Source: Tissierellia bacterium
Lineage (GTDB): Bacteria; Bacillota; Clostridia; Tissierellales; Tepidimicrobiaceae
Direction of reading: 5' to 3'
Length of the DNA: 48,585 nt
Assembly: GCA_012798935.1 (NCBI GenBank)
Contig: JAAZMG010000095.1
Location: forward strand, 1-48,585
Positions 9,827 through 17,534 of the stretch are shown here, piece after piece. Both the position numbers and the translations under genes were made by a program. The notes under the pieces are model-generated. The model searched no databases. It was given only the letters and a program-made list of their open reading frames with translations, and was not told where the DNA came from. Position 1 is the first letter of the stretch. Each line of letters begins with the position of its first letter.

Positions 9827-9858
9827 AAGCCGAGACTACTCGGTTTATATTTTTATTC
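9827..9858 (+). terminator. Intrinsic-terminator-like hairpin in the gap before rny
   Basis: AAGCCGAG-ACTA-CTCGGTTT (8 bp including one G-U) followed by ATATTTTTATT. Lies 78 nt after the stop of the preceding gene and about 40 nt downstream of the promoter-like element. Confidence 0.55.
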
Positions 9859-9925
9859 AATGTTTGAACTAAAAGAGTATGTGGTATGAAACTTGAAAAC
9901 TAAATAGAATAGGAGGTGCATCGTT

Positions 9926-11455
9926 ATTGAAGTTGTTTATGTAATTGTAAGTGCTGTTGCAGGAATTGTAATTGGTTTTTATATAAGAAAAACCATAGGT
10001 GAAGGAAAAATTAATAGTGCCGAGGAGTTATCAAGGCGAATTATAGAAGATGCAAATAGGGATGCTGAAACACATAAAAAAGAGCTCCTGCTAGAAGCAA
10101 AAGAAGAGATTCACCAAATAAGAATTGAAAATGAAAAGGAGAACAGAGAGAGAAGGGCCGAAATTCAAAAACTGGAAAGACGTATAATGCATAAAGAGGA
10201 AGCTATTGATAGAAAGAGTGACTCTCTTGAAAGAAAAGAAGAAGCTATTAATAAAAGGTCTAAAAAGTTAGACGAGAAGGAAAATCTCATTGATGAATTA
10301 TATAATAAACAAGTTGAAGAATTAGAAAGGCTATCAGGTTTAACCTCTGATGAAGCAAAAGAGATATTATTAAATGACATTAAAAAAGAAATAGCACATG
10401 AGTCAGCTATAATGATAAAAGAAATGGAAAATAAAGCAAGAGAAGAAGCAGAGAAAAAAGCAAAAGAAGTTATATCCTGTGCAATTCAAAAATGTGCTGC
10501 TGATCATGTTGCTGAATCTACTGTAACAGTTGTCGCCTTACCAAACGATGAAATGAAAGGCAGAATAATAGGTAGGGAAGGCAGAAATATTAGAACCCTT
10601 GAAACTTTGACGGGTATTGATTTAATAATAGACGATACCCCAGAAGCAGTAGTATTGTCTGGTTTTGATCCTATAAGAAGGGAAGTTGCAAGAATTGCTC
10701 TTGAAAAATTAATAATAGATGGAAGAATCCATCCAGCAAGAATTGAAGAAATGGTAGAAAAAGCTAAGAAAGAAGTAGATAATGTTATCAGAAAAGAAGG
10801 GGAACAAGCAGCTTTTGAAACTGGAATTCATGGTCTACATTCAGAGTTAATAAAACTACTGGGTAGATTGAAATATAGAACAAGCTATGGGCAAAATGTG
10901 CTTAGACATTCTATTGAAGTGGCACATCTTGCAGGAATTATGGCTGCTGAATTAGGTACTGATGTAAAAGTAGCTAAAAGAGCCGGTCTTCTACATGATA
11001 TAGGTAAAGCTGTAGACCATGAGGTAGAAGGTCCTCATGTGGATATTGGTGTTGATTTAGCTAGAAGATATAAAGAATCAAAAGAAGTTCTTCATGCAAT
11101 TGCGGCCCACCATGGGGATATAGAGCCTGAAACAGTGGAGGCAGTGCTAGTACAAGCAGCTGATGCAATATCCGCAGCAAGACCAGGTGCACGAAGAGAG
11201 ACTTTAGAAGCTTATATTAAAAGATTAGAAAAACTAGAGGAAATTGCTAATTCTTTTGAAGGTATAGAAAAATCCTATGCAGTACAAGCAGGTCGCGAAT
11301 TAAGAATTATGGTAAAACCAGAAAATGTTAGGGATGATGAAATAATTCATACTGCTAGGGAAATTGTTAAAAAAATAGAAGCTGAGCTAGACTATCCTGG
11401 TCAAATAAAGGTAAATGTTATTAGAGAAACCCGTGCTATCGAGTATGCAAAATAA
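9926..11455 (+). CDS. rny: Ribonuclease Y (start codon non-canonical, probably ATT 9926)
   Basis: KH domain [12 protein letters not shown] and HD domain LLHDIGK. The track ORF begins at ATG 10187, but the 87 in-frame codons upstream encode the conserved TM helix ([21 protein letters not shown]) and coiled coil. AGGAGG (9911..9916) lies 9 nt before ATT 9926. 509 aa, as expected for RNase Y. Confidence 0.88.
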   Translation: MEVVYVIVSAVAGIVIGFYIRKTIGEGKINSAEELSRRIIEDANRDAETHKKELLLEAKEEIHQIRIENEKENRERRAEIQKLERRIMHKEEAIDRKSDSLERKEEAINKRSKKLDEKENLIDELYNKQVEELERLSGLTSDEAKEILLNDIKKEIAHESAIMIKEMENKAREEAEKKAKEVISCAIQKCAADHVAESTVTVVALPNDEMKGRIIGREGRNIRTLETLTGIDLIIDDTPEAVVLSGFDPIRREVARIALEKLIIDGRIHPARIEEMVEKAKKEVDNVIRKEGEQAAFETGIHGLHSELIKLLGRLKYRTSYGQNVLRHSIEVAHLAGIMAAELGTDVKVAKRAGLLHDIGKAVDHEVEGPHVDIGVDLARRYKESKEVLHAIAAHHGDIEPETVEAVLVQAADAISAARPGARRETLEAYIKRLEKLEEIANSFEGIEKSYAVQAGRELRIMVKPENVRDDEIIHTAREIVKKIEAELDYPGQIKVNVIRETRAIEYAK

Positions 11456-11533
11456 AATATAAACATAGAATTTAAACACTATTTAAATTAAATTTATATA
11501 AAAATTCTTTTTTCATAATATTTTCAAAATAAA

Positions 11534-11562
11534 AGAGGATTTTAACATTATCTGTAGAATAA
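11534..11562 (+). promoter_or_regulatory. sigma-H type promoter-like sequence upstream of spoVS
   Basis: AGAGGATTT, 11 nt, GTAGAATAA matches the RNAGGAWWW-N11/12-RNNGAATWW consensus as I recall it. B. subtilis spoVS is sigma-H dependent. Confidence 0.5.
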
Positions 11563-11611
11563 ATAATATAAACATAAAATATATTAAAATAGTGTAGAGG
11601 GGGATATTTTA

Positions 11612-11872
11612 ATGGATATATTAAAAGTATCAGCAAAATCAAGTCCAAATTCTGTAGCAGGAGCACTAGCCGGAGTTTTAAGAGAAAAAGGCAATGCGGA
11701 AATCCAAGCAATTGGAGCAGGTGCTTTAAATCAAGCAGTTAAGGCAGTAGCTATAGCACGAGGTTTTGTTGCACCTAGTGGAATCGATCTTATTTGTATA
11801 CCAGCTTTTACTGACATCGAAATTGATGGTGAAGAAAGGACAGCTATCAAATTGATTGTTGAACCAAGATAA
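11612..11872 (+). CDS. spoVS: Stage V sporulation protein S (copy 1)
   Basis: 86 aa, MDILKVSAKSSPNSVAGALAG...IKLIVEPR, unmistakable SpoVS family sequence. GAGGGGG RBS. Confidence 0.95.
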   Translation: MDILKVSAKSSPNSVAGALAGVLREKGNAEIQAIGAGALNQAVKAVAIARGFVAPSGIDLICIPAFTDIEIDGEERTAIKLIVEPR

Positions 11873-11891
11873 TCTTAAGGGGGATGTTTTA

Positions 11892-12152
11892 ATGGATGTA
11901 TTAAAAGTAGCAGCAAAGTCAAGTCCAAATTCAGTAGCAGGGGCACTAGCCGGAGTTTTAAGAGAAAAAGGCAGTGCAGAATTACAAGCAATTGGAGCAG
12001 GTGCTCTAAATCAAGCAGTTAAGGCAGTAGCTATAGCGCGGGGTTTTGTTGCACCTAGTGGAATCGATCTTATTTGTATACCAGCTTTTACTGACATCGA
12101 AATTGATGGTGAAGAAAGAACGGCAATTAAATTAATTGTTGAACCAAGATAA
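11892..12152 (+). CDS. spoVS: Stage V sporulation protein S (copy 2)
   Basis: 86 aa from ATG 11892 (RBS AAGGGGG). The track start 11856 is a spurious extension. Differs from copy 1 at 4 residues (I3V, S7A, N28S, I31L). Confidence 0.93.
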   Translation: MDVLKVAAKSSPNSVAGALAGVLREKGSAELQAIGAGALNQAVKAVAIARGFVAPSGIDLICIPAFTDIEIDGEERTAIKLIVEPR

Positions 12153-12164
12153 TCTTAATAAAAT

Positions 12165-12207
12165 AATAGGAAGCCTGCTAATATTAGCAGGCTTCCTATT
12201 ATTTTAT
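12165..12207 (+). terminator. Rho-independent terminator after spoVS copy 2
   Basis: 16-bp stem AATAGGAAGCCTGCTA / TAGCAGGCTTCCTATT, loop ATAT, then ATTTTAT. Confidence 0.85.
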
Positions 12208-12294
12208 ATTTGTTTTACCTTAAAACAAATGATTCTTGATACCAAGGCTAAGGATGTATATAATATAGTTACGGTATTAAAAGGAGCGTTTGAT

Positions 12295-13110
12295 ATGATT
12301 TTTGATTTACATGTACATACTACTTATTCCGATGGATTATTTACCCCCGAACAAGTAATAAATTTAGCTATTGAAAAAGGTATGAATGGTATTGCTATTA
12401 CAGATCACGATACTGTACTGGGTATAGAACCAGCTATTGAATACAGTAAAAATATAGATAACTTTTATCTTATTCCAGGTATTGAATTTGGTTGTATATA
12501 TAAGGATGAGGAAGTTCATATATTAGGATACTTTATTGACTATAAATCATCTGATATAATAGATATAACTAAAAAATTGAGAAATTTTAGAGTTATTAGA
12601 GGTTTAGAGATGATAGAGAAGTTAAACAATTTAGGAATAAATTTATCATTAGATCAAGTTAAATCCCCATCAAAAAAAGAATACATTGGAAGACCACATA
12701 TTGCTAGAGCTTTAGTAGAGTTTAGACATACTGATAGTATTACTGAAGCATTCGATAAATATCTTGATAGAGGTAAGCCTGCTTATGTTGAAAGATATAA
12801 ACTGAAAATAGAGGATACTATAAAATTAATACACAGGGTCAATGGTATTGCTGTTCTTGCTCATCCAGGTATATTAAAGAATAAAAAAATAATAAATTAT
12901 TGTATAAAAGCAGGAATTGATGGATTGGAGGCAATACACTCTAAACATAATAAATCTCAAGTTAAATATTTATTAGAGATTGGAAAAAGCCATGGATTAA
13001 TTATAACAGGTGGTTCTGATTGTCATGGTGAAACTGTAAATGGGGAATATCTATTAGGTGAATATTATGTTAATATGAACCATATCCCAATTATGAAAGG
13101 GAGGATATAA
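12295..13110 (+). CDS. PHP-domain phosphoesterase (TrpH/YciV-like)
   Basis: AAGGAG upstream of ATG 12295. MIFDLHVHTTYSDG, ITDHD and GGSDCHG are PHP metal-binding motifs. The track start 12136 lies inside the upstream terminator. Confidence 0.85.
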   Translation: MIFDLHVHTTYSDGLFTPEQVINLAIEKGMNGIAITDHDTVLGIEPAIEYSKNIDNFYLIPGIEFGCIYKDEEVHILGYFIDYKSSDIIDITKKLRNFRVIRGLEMIEKLNNLGINLSLDQVKSPSKKEYIGRPHIARALVEFRHTDSITEAFDKYLDRGKPAYVERYKLKIEDTIKLIHRVNGIAVLAHPGILKNKKIINYCIKAGIDGLEAIHSKHNKSQVKYLLEIGKSHGLIITGGSDCHGETVNGEYLLGEYYVNMNHIPIMKGRI

Positions 13111-13494
13111 TTGACCAATTATAGAAATCAAAGAAATAGGCAATTCCCTTCTAAAATAAGTACTACTTCTTTTGTAAAGCTATATATTCTTCACTTACTA
13201 AAAGGTAAAGATTATTATGGTAATGAAATTATTGAAGAAATCAAAGGTAGATTAGATAATAAATGGGAACCAAGTCCTGGAATGGTATATCCTCTTCTTC
13301 GAAAACTAGAGGAGGAAGGTTATGTAACTGGGCGATGGGAAGAGCCAGATAAAAGGTCTATAAGAAGGTACCGCCTTACAAATGAAGGATATAAACATTA
13401 TCAGATAATCTTATTACAACACAAGTCAACTTTTGAGGATTCTCTACATATAGTAAAAAATATTCTAAGGGATATATATGGATTGAAACTCTAA
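13111..13494 (+). CDS. PadR family transcriptional regulator
   Basis: Winged HTH typical of PadR: YILHLLKGKDYYGNEIIEEI...GMVYPLLRKLEEEGYV...RRYRLTNEG. GGGAGG before the TTG start. Confidence 0.85.
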   Translation: MTNYRNQRNRQFPSKISTTSFVKLYILHLLKGKDYYGNEIIEEIKGRLDNKWEPSPGMVYPLLRKLEEEGYVTGRWEEPDKRSIRRYRLTNEGYKHYQIILLQHKSTFEDSLHIVKNILRDIYGLKL

Positions 13495-13541
13495 ACTGTA
13501 AAGTATGTGTTTTTACTTAATTTTTAAAGGGAGGTTTTATT

Positions 13542-14738
13542 GTGGATATAAATCTATCACAAAAAGGATTAAAAATTTCACCATCTGTTACCCTTGATAT
13601 TACTGCAAAAGCAAAAGCTATGAAAGCAGAAGGAATTGATGTAATAAGCTTTGGTGCAGGTGAACCAGATTTTAATACTCCAGAAAATATTAGAAAAGAA
13701 GGTATTAGAGCTATAGAAGAAGGTTTAACAAGATACACCTCTACATCTGGAATTATTGAGTTGAAAAAAGCTATTTGCAAAAAACTAAAAAAAGAAAACA
13801 ACTTAAATTATTCACCAAATAATATTATAGTATCAAGTGGAGCGAAACACTCTATTTATAATGCTTTAATGGCTATTATAAACCCAGGAGATGAAGTGAT
13901 TGTAGCTTTACCTTATTGGGTAAGTTATCCTGAAATGATTAAAATTGCAGGGGGCCAACCAGTATATATACAAACAGAGGAAGAAAATAATTTTAAGTTT
14001 ACCATCTCTGATTTAAATAGAGTTTTAACTAATAAAACAAAAGCTATAATATTAAATAGTCCAAGTAATCCTACTGGTTCAATATATGAAGAAAAGGAGT
14101 TAAAAGAAATTGCTAGTTGGGCAGTTAAAAACAATATCTTTGTTATCTCTGACGAAATATATGAAAAGCTAGTATATGATGGAAAACATATAAGTATTGC
14201 ATCTTTTAATGAAGATATTAAAAATTTAACTATTGTAATAAATGGTATGTCAAAAGCCTATGCAATGACTGGTTGGAGAATAGGATATGCAGCAGCTCAT
14301 GAAGATATTATAAAAGTTATGGGTAATATTCAAAGTCATACTACCTCAAATCCTTGTTCTATATCTCAATACGCTAGTGTAGCAGGATTATTAGGAGACC
14401 AAGAAGGTATTGAGGAAATGAAAAATCATTTCATGAAAAGAAGAGATTATATGGCAAACACTATAAATTCAATTAAAGGTTTAAGCTGTAGGAAACCAAA
14501 AGGTGCTTTCTATATAATGGTCAACATTACCAATATAAAGGGAAAAAACATAGAAAATACAAAGATAGACAGTTCCTTAGACTTTGCAAAATTGCTTCTT
14601 GATAAAGGGAAGGTTGCTGTAATACCTGGAATAGGTTTTGGAGATGATGACTATATTAGATTATCCTATGCTACATCTATGGAAAATATTGAAAAAGGAC
14701 TTGAAAGGATTAGAGATGTTATTAAAAATGTTAATTAA
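13542..14738 (+). CDS. Aspartate aminotransferase (class I PLP aminotransferase)
   Basis: 398 aa. GEPDF, NPSNPTG and the PLP-lysine motif SKAYAMTGWRIGY. AGGGAGG before the GTG start. Confidence 0.85.
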   Translation: MDINLSQKGLKISPSVTLDITAKAKAMKAEGIDVISFGAGEPDFNTPENIRKEGIRAIEEGLTRYTSTSGIIELKKAICKKLKKENNLNYSPNNIIVSSGAKHSIYNALMAIINPGDEVIVALPYWVSYPEMIKIAGGQPVYIQTEEENNFKFTISDLNRVLTNKTKAIILNSPSNPTGSIYEEKELKEIASWAVKNNIFVISDEIYEKLVYDGKHISIASFNEDIKNLTIVINGMSKAYAMTGWRIGYAAAHEDIIKVMGNIQSHTTSNPCSISQYASVAGLLGDQEGIEEMKNHFMKRRDYMANTINSIKGLSCRKPKGAFYIMVNITNIKGKNIENTKIDSSLDFAKLLLDKGKVAVIPGIGFGDDDYIRLSYATSMENIEKGLERIRDVIKNVN

Positions 14739-14756
14739 TAAATAATTTATTTTAAT

Positions 14757-14795
14757 CAACAATGTTTACGTAATAATATTATGTAAACATTGTTG
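14757..14795. other. Palindrome with dif-like core (candidate Xer recombination site, or an atypical terminator)
   Basis: CAACAATGTTTACGTAA-TAATA-TTATGTAAACATTGTTG with 17-bp arms and one G-T. Contains ATATTATGTAAAC. No downstream T tract on the + strand. Confidence 0.4.
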
Positions 14796-14863
14796 GCAGA
14801 AATTACTATAAATAATAAATCTATTAATTATATATAATTAAAGAAGATAGTTGGTGAATATAC

Positions 14864-15547
14864 ATGAAACGATATTTAAAAAACATGAATGCCTTGTCTG
14901 TTAAAGAAATTGAAAAATTAAATAGCAGTAAGGTTTGCGTTATTGGTTGTGGGGGTTTAGGTGGATACATAATTGAAATGCTAGGAAGGATTGGAGTAGG
15001 ATATATAACAGCTATAGATGGAGATGTTTTTGACGAAACTAACTTAAATAGACAAATAGTAAGTCATGTAGAAAATATTGGAATGGGTAAAGCAGAAGAA
15101 ACTAAAAATAGGATGAAATTAGTCAATCCTCATATACATGTAGAAGCAGTTAAGACCATGTTAGATAATTCTAATGCAACAACCTTACTTAAAGATCATA
15201 ATGTTATTGTAGACGCTTTAGATAGCATTAAAACACGAATTATAGTTCAATCAACATCTACAAAATTAAACATTCCTATGGTTCATGGTGCTATAGGAGG
15301 TTTTTATGGTCAAGTAACTACAATATTTCCTAACGACAAAACTTTAGATTTTCTCTATCCTGAAAATAGTAGAGTAGATAAAGGAGTTGAAGAAGAATTA
15401 GGAAACCCATCTTTTATACCGCCATTGGTAGCTTCTATACAAGTAGCAGAAGTAATAAAAATACTAATTAATAGAGGTGACTTATTAAGGAAAAAAGTCT
15501 TATTCATAGACGTCCTAAACAATAATTTTGATTTAGTAAAATTTTAA
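14864..15547 (+). CDS. ThiF/HesA/MoeB family E1-like adenylyltransferase
   Basis: Rossmann GCGGLGG, NLNRQ, VHGAIGGFYGQVTTIFP. 227 aa. No ThiS/MoaD-like partner gene is adjacent. Confidence 0.8.
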   Translation: MKRYLKNMNALSVKEIEKLNSSKVCVIGCGGLGGYIIEMLGRIGVGYITAIDGDVFDETNLNRQIVSHVENIGMGKAEETKNRMKLVNPHIHVEAVKTMLDNSNATTLLKDHNVIVDALDSIKTRIIVQSTSTKLNIPMVHGAIGGFYGQVTTIFPNDKTLDFLYPENSRVDKGVEEELGNPSFIPPLVASIQVAEVIKILINRGDLLRKKVLFIDVLNNNFDLVKF

Positions 15548-15562
15548 TAATATAAATTCTGC

Positions 15563-15604
15563 TAATCCAGATTAACATAAAACATTTTATGTTAATCTGG
15601 ATTA
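15563..15604 (+). terminator. 20-bp perfect palindrome after the thiF-like gene (terminator candidate)
   Basis: TAATCCAGATTAACATAAAA-CA-TTTTATGTTAATCTGGATTA followed by TTAATTG. Confidence 0.6.
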
Positions 15605-15664
15605 TTAATTGAAAATTTATATTAGCTAAATTAAAATAACAAATTCTAATCTTATACTGACCTT

Positions 15665-15688
15665 GTATATGTTAATGTATATGTTAAT
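15665..15688. repeat. Tandem 12-mer x2 (GTATATGTTAAT)
   Basis: Exact duplication read directly at 15665..15676 and 15677..15688. The ATGTTAAT octamer also occurs in both arms of the 15563..15604 palindrome. Confidence 0.9.
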
Positions 15689-15987
15689 TTTAATATTCTT
15701 ATCATATTAAGTCTATAAAGTAGCTAATAGGTGTTATAAGGCCTTAGCAGCTTATTTAAGAGCTTTATGCTTGTACTATATAAACTATATGTATATACGC
15801 AATTAAGTTCCTTAGACGTCAATTATAAGGGTTGTTTTAAAGCTAATTATTTAAAAATGTATTTTCTTGTAAATATCCTTAAGTTTATGTAAGTATACAA
15901 ACTATGTATTGAATTTGAATTATATTTATATATCGGAAAATAAAGAAAATAAAAAAGAAGGATTTTTCAAATTTATGTCGAAATATA

Positions 15988-16023
15988 ATATTAGTCACAA
16001 AATATCTATTTTGTGACTAATAT
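15988..16023. promoter_or_regulatory. Perfect 17-bp inverted repeat 30 nt upstream of the recombinase start (operator-like)
   Basis: ATATTAGTCACAAAATA-TC-TATTTTGTGACTAATAT. Not followed by a T tract. Confidence 0.4.
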
Positions 16024-16052
16024 ACTCAGTTATATAGAAAAGAGGAATAGAA

Positions 16053-17030
16053 ATGCATGATATACCATTAATACTTGAAGACTACTTAAATTATATGGAA
16101 ACTATTAAAGGGGTATCTCCTAATACCACAAAAGAATATTTCTTTGACTTGCGTACATTCTTTAGATTTATTAAACTTCGATATAAACTTGTAGATAAAA
16201 ATACTCCTTTTGAAGAAATTAAGATTGATGATATTGACATTAAGTTAATTAACAAAATTAATTTGCAAGATTTACACGCCTTTATATCCTATGCAGATAA
16301 AAATAGAGATAATGGAAATTCTGCAAAATCAAGAAAAGTAGCAAGTTTAAGATCATTTTTCAACTACCTCTATACTAAAGTTAATTTAATTTCTAAAAAT
16401 CCTGCAGGCAACCTAGAATCCCCTAAAACTAGCGCTAGGCAACCTATATATTTAACTTTGGAGGAATGTGATAAATTATTAAACACTATATTAAAAAATA
16501 AAAATAAGATATTTAGAAAACGTGATTATGCTATAGTTATGTTATTTTTAAATTGTGGTTTAAGATTATCAGAATTGTCTAGTATTGATATAAATAAAAT
16601 AAAAAGCGATACCTTAACCGTAGTTGGAAAAGGAAATAAGGAAAGAACTATTTATTTAAACCAATCCTGTATCAATGCAATAAATGATTATATTGCAGTA
16701 AGACCTAAGGATGCTTTGGATAATGAAGCTTTATTTTTAAGTATGAGAAAACAGCGAATGAGTAATAGGGCTATCCAACACATGATAGATAAATATCTTG
16801 GACAAGCCGGATTCGATATCTCTATTTATTCTACCCATAAGCTTAGACATACTGCTGCTACTTTAATGTACAAGCATGGTAATGTAGATATAAGAGCTTT
16901 ACAAGAGATACTTGGTCATGAAAGTGTATCAACAACCCAGATATATACTCATATTGATGATGAAAGATTAAGAGAAGCTGTTAAAAGTAATCCTTTAGGG
17001 AATATAAAACCTGAAGAAAGAAAAGAGTAG
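16053..17030 (+). CDS. Tyrosine site-specific recombinase, XerC/XerD family
   Basis: 325 aa. N-terminal SAM-like core-binding domain, then catalytic residues in context: GLRLSEL (R), HKLRHTAAT (HxxR), LGHESVSTTQIYTH (H...Y). Confidence 0.85.
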   Translation: MHDIPLILEDYLNYMETIKGVSPNTTKEYFFDLRTFFRFIKLRYKLVDKNTPFEEIKIDDIDIKLINKINLQDLHAFISYADKNRDNGNSAKSRKVASLRSFFNYLYTKVNLISKNPAGNLESPKTSARQPIYLTLEECDKLLNTILKNKNKIFRKRDYAIVMLFLNCGLRLSELSSIDINKIKSDTLTVVGKGNKERTIYLNQSCINAINDYIAVRPKDALDNEALFLSMRKQRMSNRAIQHMIDKYLGQAGFDISIYSTHKLRHTAATLMYKHGNVDIRALQEILGHESVSTTQIYTHIDDERLREAVKSNPLGNIKPEERKE

Positions 17031-17116
17031 ATAGAAAATAAAATAATATAGCTGCCTACTCTATAAAATATAAGCAAAATAATATACTTTCAAAATAATA
17101 TACTTTCATAGATAAT

Positions 17117-17163
17117 AAAAAAAGCCTAAAGGAATTTACTAGTAAATTCCTTTAGGCTTTTTT
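17117..17163. terminator. Bidirectional terminator between the recombinase and the LysM gene
   Basis: A7-GCCTAAAGGAATTTAC-TA-GTAAATTCCTTTAGGC-T6. Confidence 0.85.
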
Positions 17164-17166
17164 CTT

Positions 17167-17487
17167 TTATTTAGAGTTGTATTTGATAGGTATTTTTATT
17201 AGATCCCCAGGATAAATATTTGCGCTTTCCATGTTGTTAAATTGTATTATTTCAAATACCATTTTTCTTACATCATAATCCTCCGGCATATTGTTTATTG
17301 CAATATTCCATAAAGTATCTCCTCGTACTACTTTCACTTTTACATAATTTCCCTCACCCTCATATGTAGAACTATAAACCTTGTTATCTTTAACAAATAA
17401 CAAAACTATAAACATAGCCATAGTGAATACTAATAATAAAAATGATATAAATTTTCTTTTGTTTGCTATTTTATATTTCTTTTTCAT
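17167..17487 (-). CDS. LysM-domain membrane protein, YneA-like SOS cell-division inhibitor candidate
   Basis: 106 aa. N-terminal TM (FISFLLLVFTMAMFIVLLFV) and C-terminal LysM (VVRGDTLWNIA...YPGDLIKIP). Divergent from lexA, with LexA boxes in its promoter. Confidence 0.7.
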   Translation of the reverse strand: MKKKYKIANKRKFISFLLLVFTMAMFIVLLFVKDNKVYSSTYEGEGNYVKVKVVRGDTLWNIAINNMPEDYDVRKMVFEIIQFNNMESANIYPGDLIKIPIKYNSK

Positions 17488-17499
17488 AATACCACCTCT

Positions 17500-17526
17500 C
17501 GTACATAAGTTCTAAACGTCTGTTCT
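17500..17526. promoter_or_regulatory. Two abutting LexA-box-like sites downstream of the yneA-like promoter
   Basis: Read on the - strand: AGAACAGACGTTTA and AGAACTTATGTACG (GAAC-N4-GTTT / GTAC). Confidence 0.6.
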
Positions 17527-17534
17527 GTAATTAT

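Larger units (their letters stand above)
11599..12158 (+). repeat. Tandem direct duplication, 2 x 280 nt (each unit = RBS + spoVS + 6 nt)
   Basis: Unit 1 is 11599..11878 and unit 2 is 11879..12158. Both start GGGGGAT(A/G)TTTTAATGGAT and end GTTGAACCAAGATAATCTTAA. About 18 mismatches counted by eye. Confidence 0.95.

Noticed and set aside
9782-9883. 33-codon ORF (MKSYLAIQNYMCRLYKPRLLGLYFYSMFELKEYVV) in the rny leader.
   Set aside because: Its ATG overlaps the -10 element, it has no SD, and it spans the terminator-like hairpin. It is most likely a chance ORF.
11472-11711. 79-aa minus-strand ORF spanning the spoVS promoter and start.
   Set aside because: It is antisense to the spoVS start and to AT-rich promoter DNA. 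The translation is leucine-rich and low-complexity, and it has no RBS.
11856-11891. 12-codon extension of spoVS copy 2 (track start 11856).
   Set aside because: It overlaps the end of copy 1. ATG 11892 with its RBS reproduces the copy-1 start exactly.
12136-12294. N-terminal 53-codon extension of the PHP-domain ORF (track start 12136).
   Set aside because: The extension runs through the spoVS terminator hairpin (12165..12207). A proper AAGGAG plus ATG at 12295 yields the canonical MIFDLHVHT PHP N-terminus.
15563-15604. The 20-bp palindrome after the thiF-like gene as a second dif candidate (it contains TTATGTTAAT).
   Set aside because: It has a 2-nt centre rather than a 6-8 nt spacer, fully symmetric 20-nt arms and a partly T-rich tail. 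It is therefore better explained as a terminator. The motif resemblance is noted only under the spacer finding.
15767-15892. 41-codon ORF in the long spacer upstream of the recombinase gene.
   Set aside because: No SD, an odd composition (Y/L/K/V-rich) and no recognisable family. There is not enough support to call a gene.
16053-17030. Recombinase as the integrase of a prophage, ICE or genomic island.
   Set aside because: No phage, conjugation or cargo genes flank it. No tRNA target or flanking direct repeats were seen, and both neighbours are core genes. A chromosomal Xer-type or stand-alone recombinase is more parsimonious, though Xer identity is not proven.
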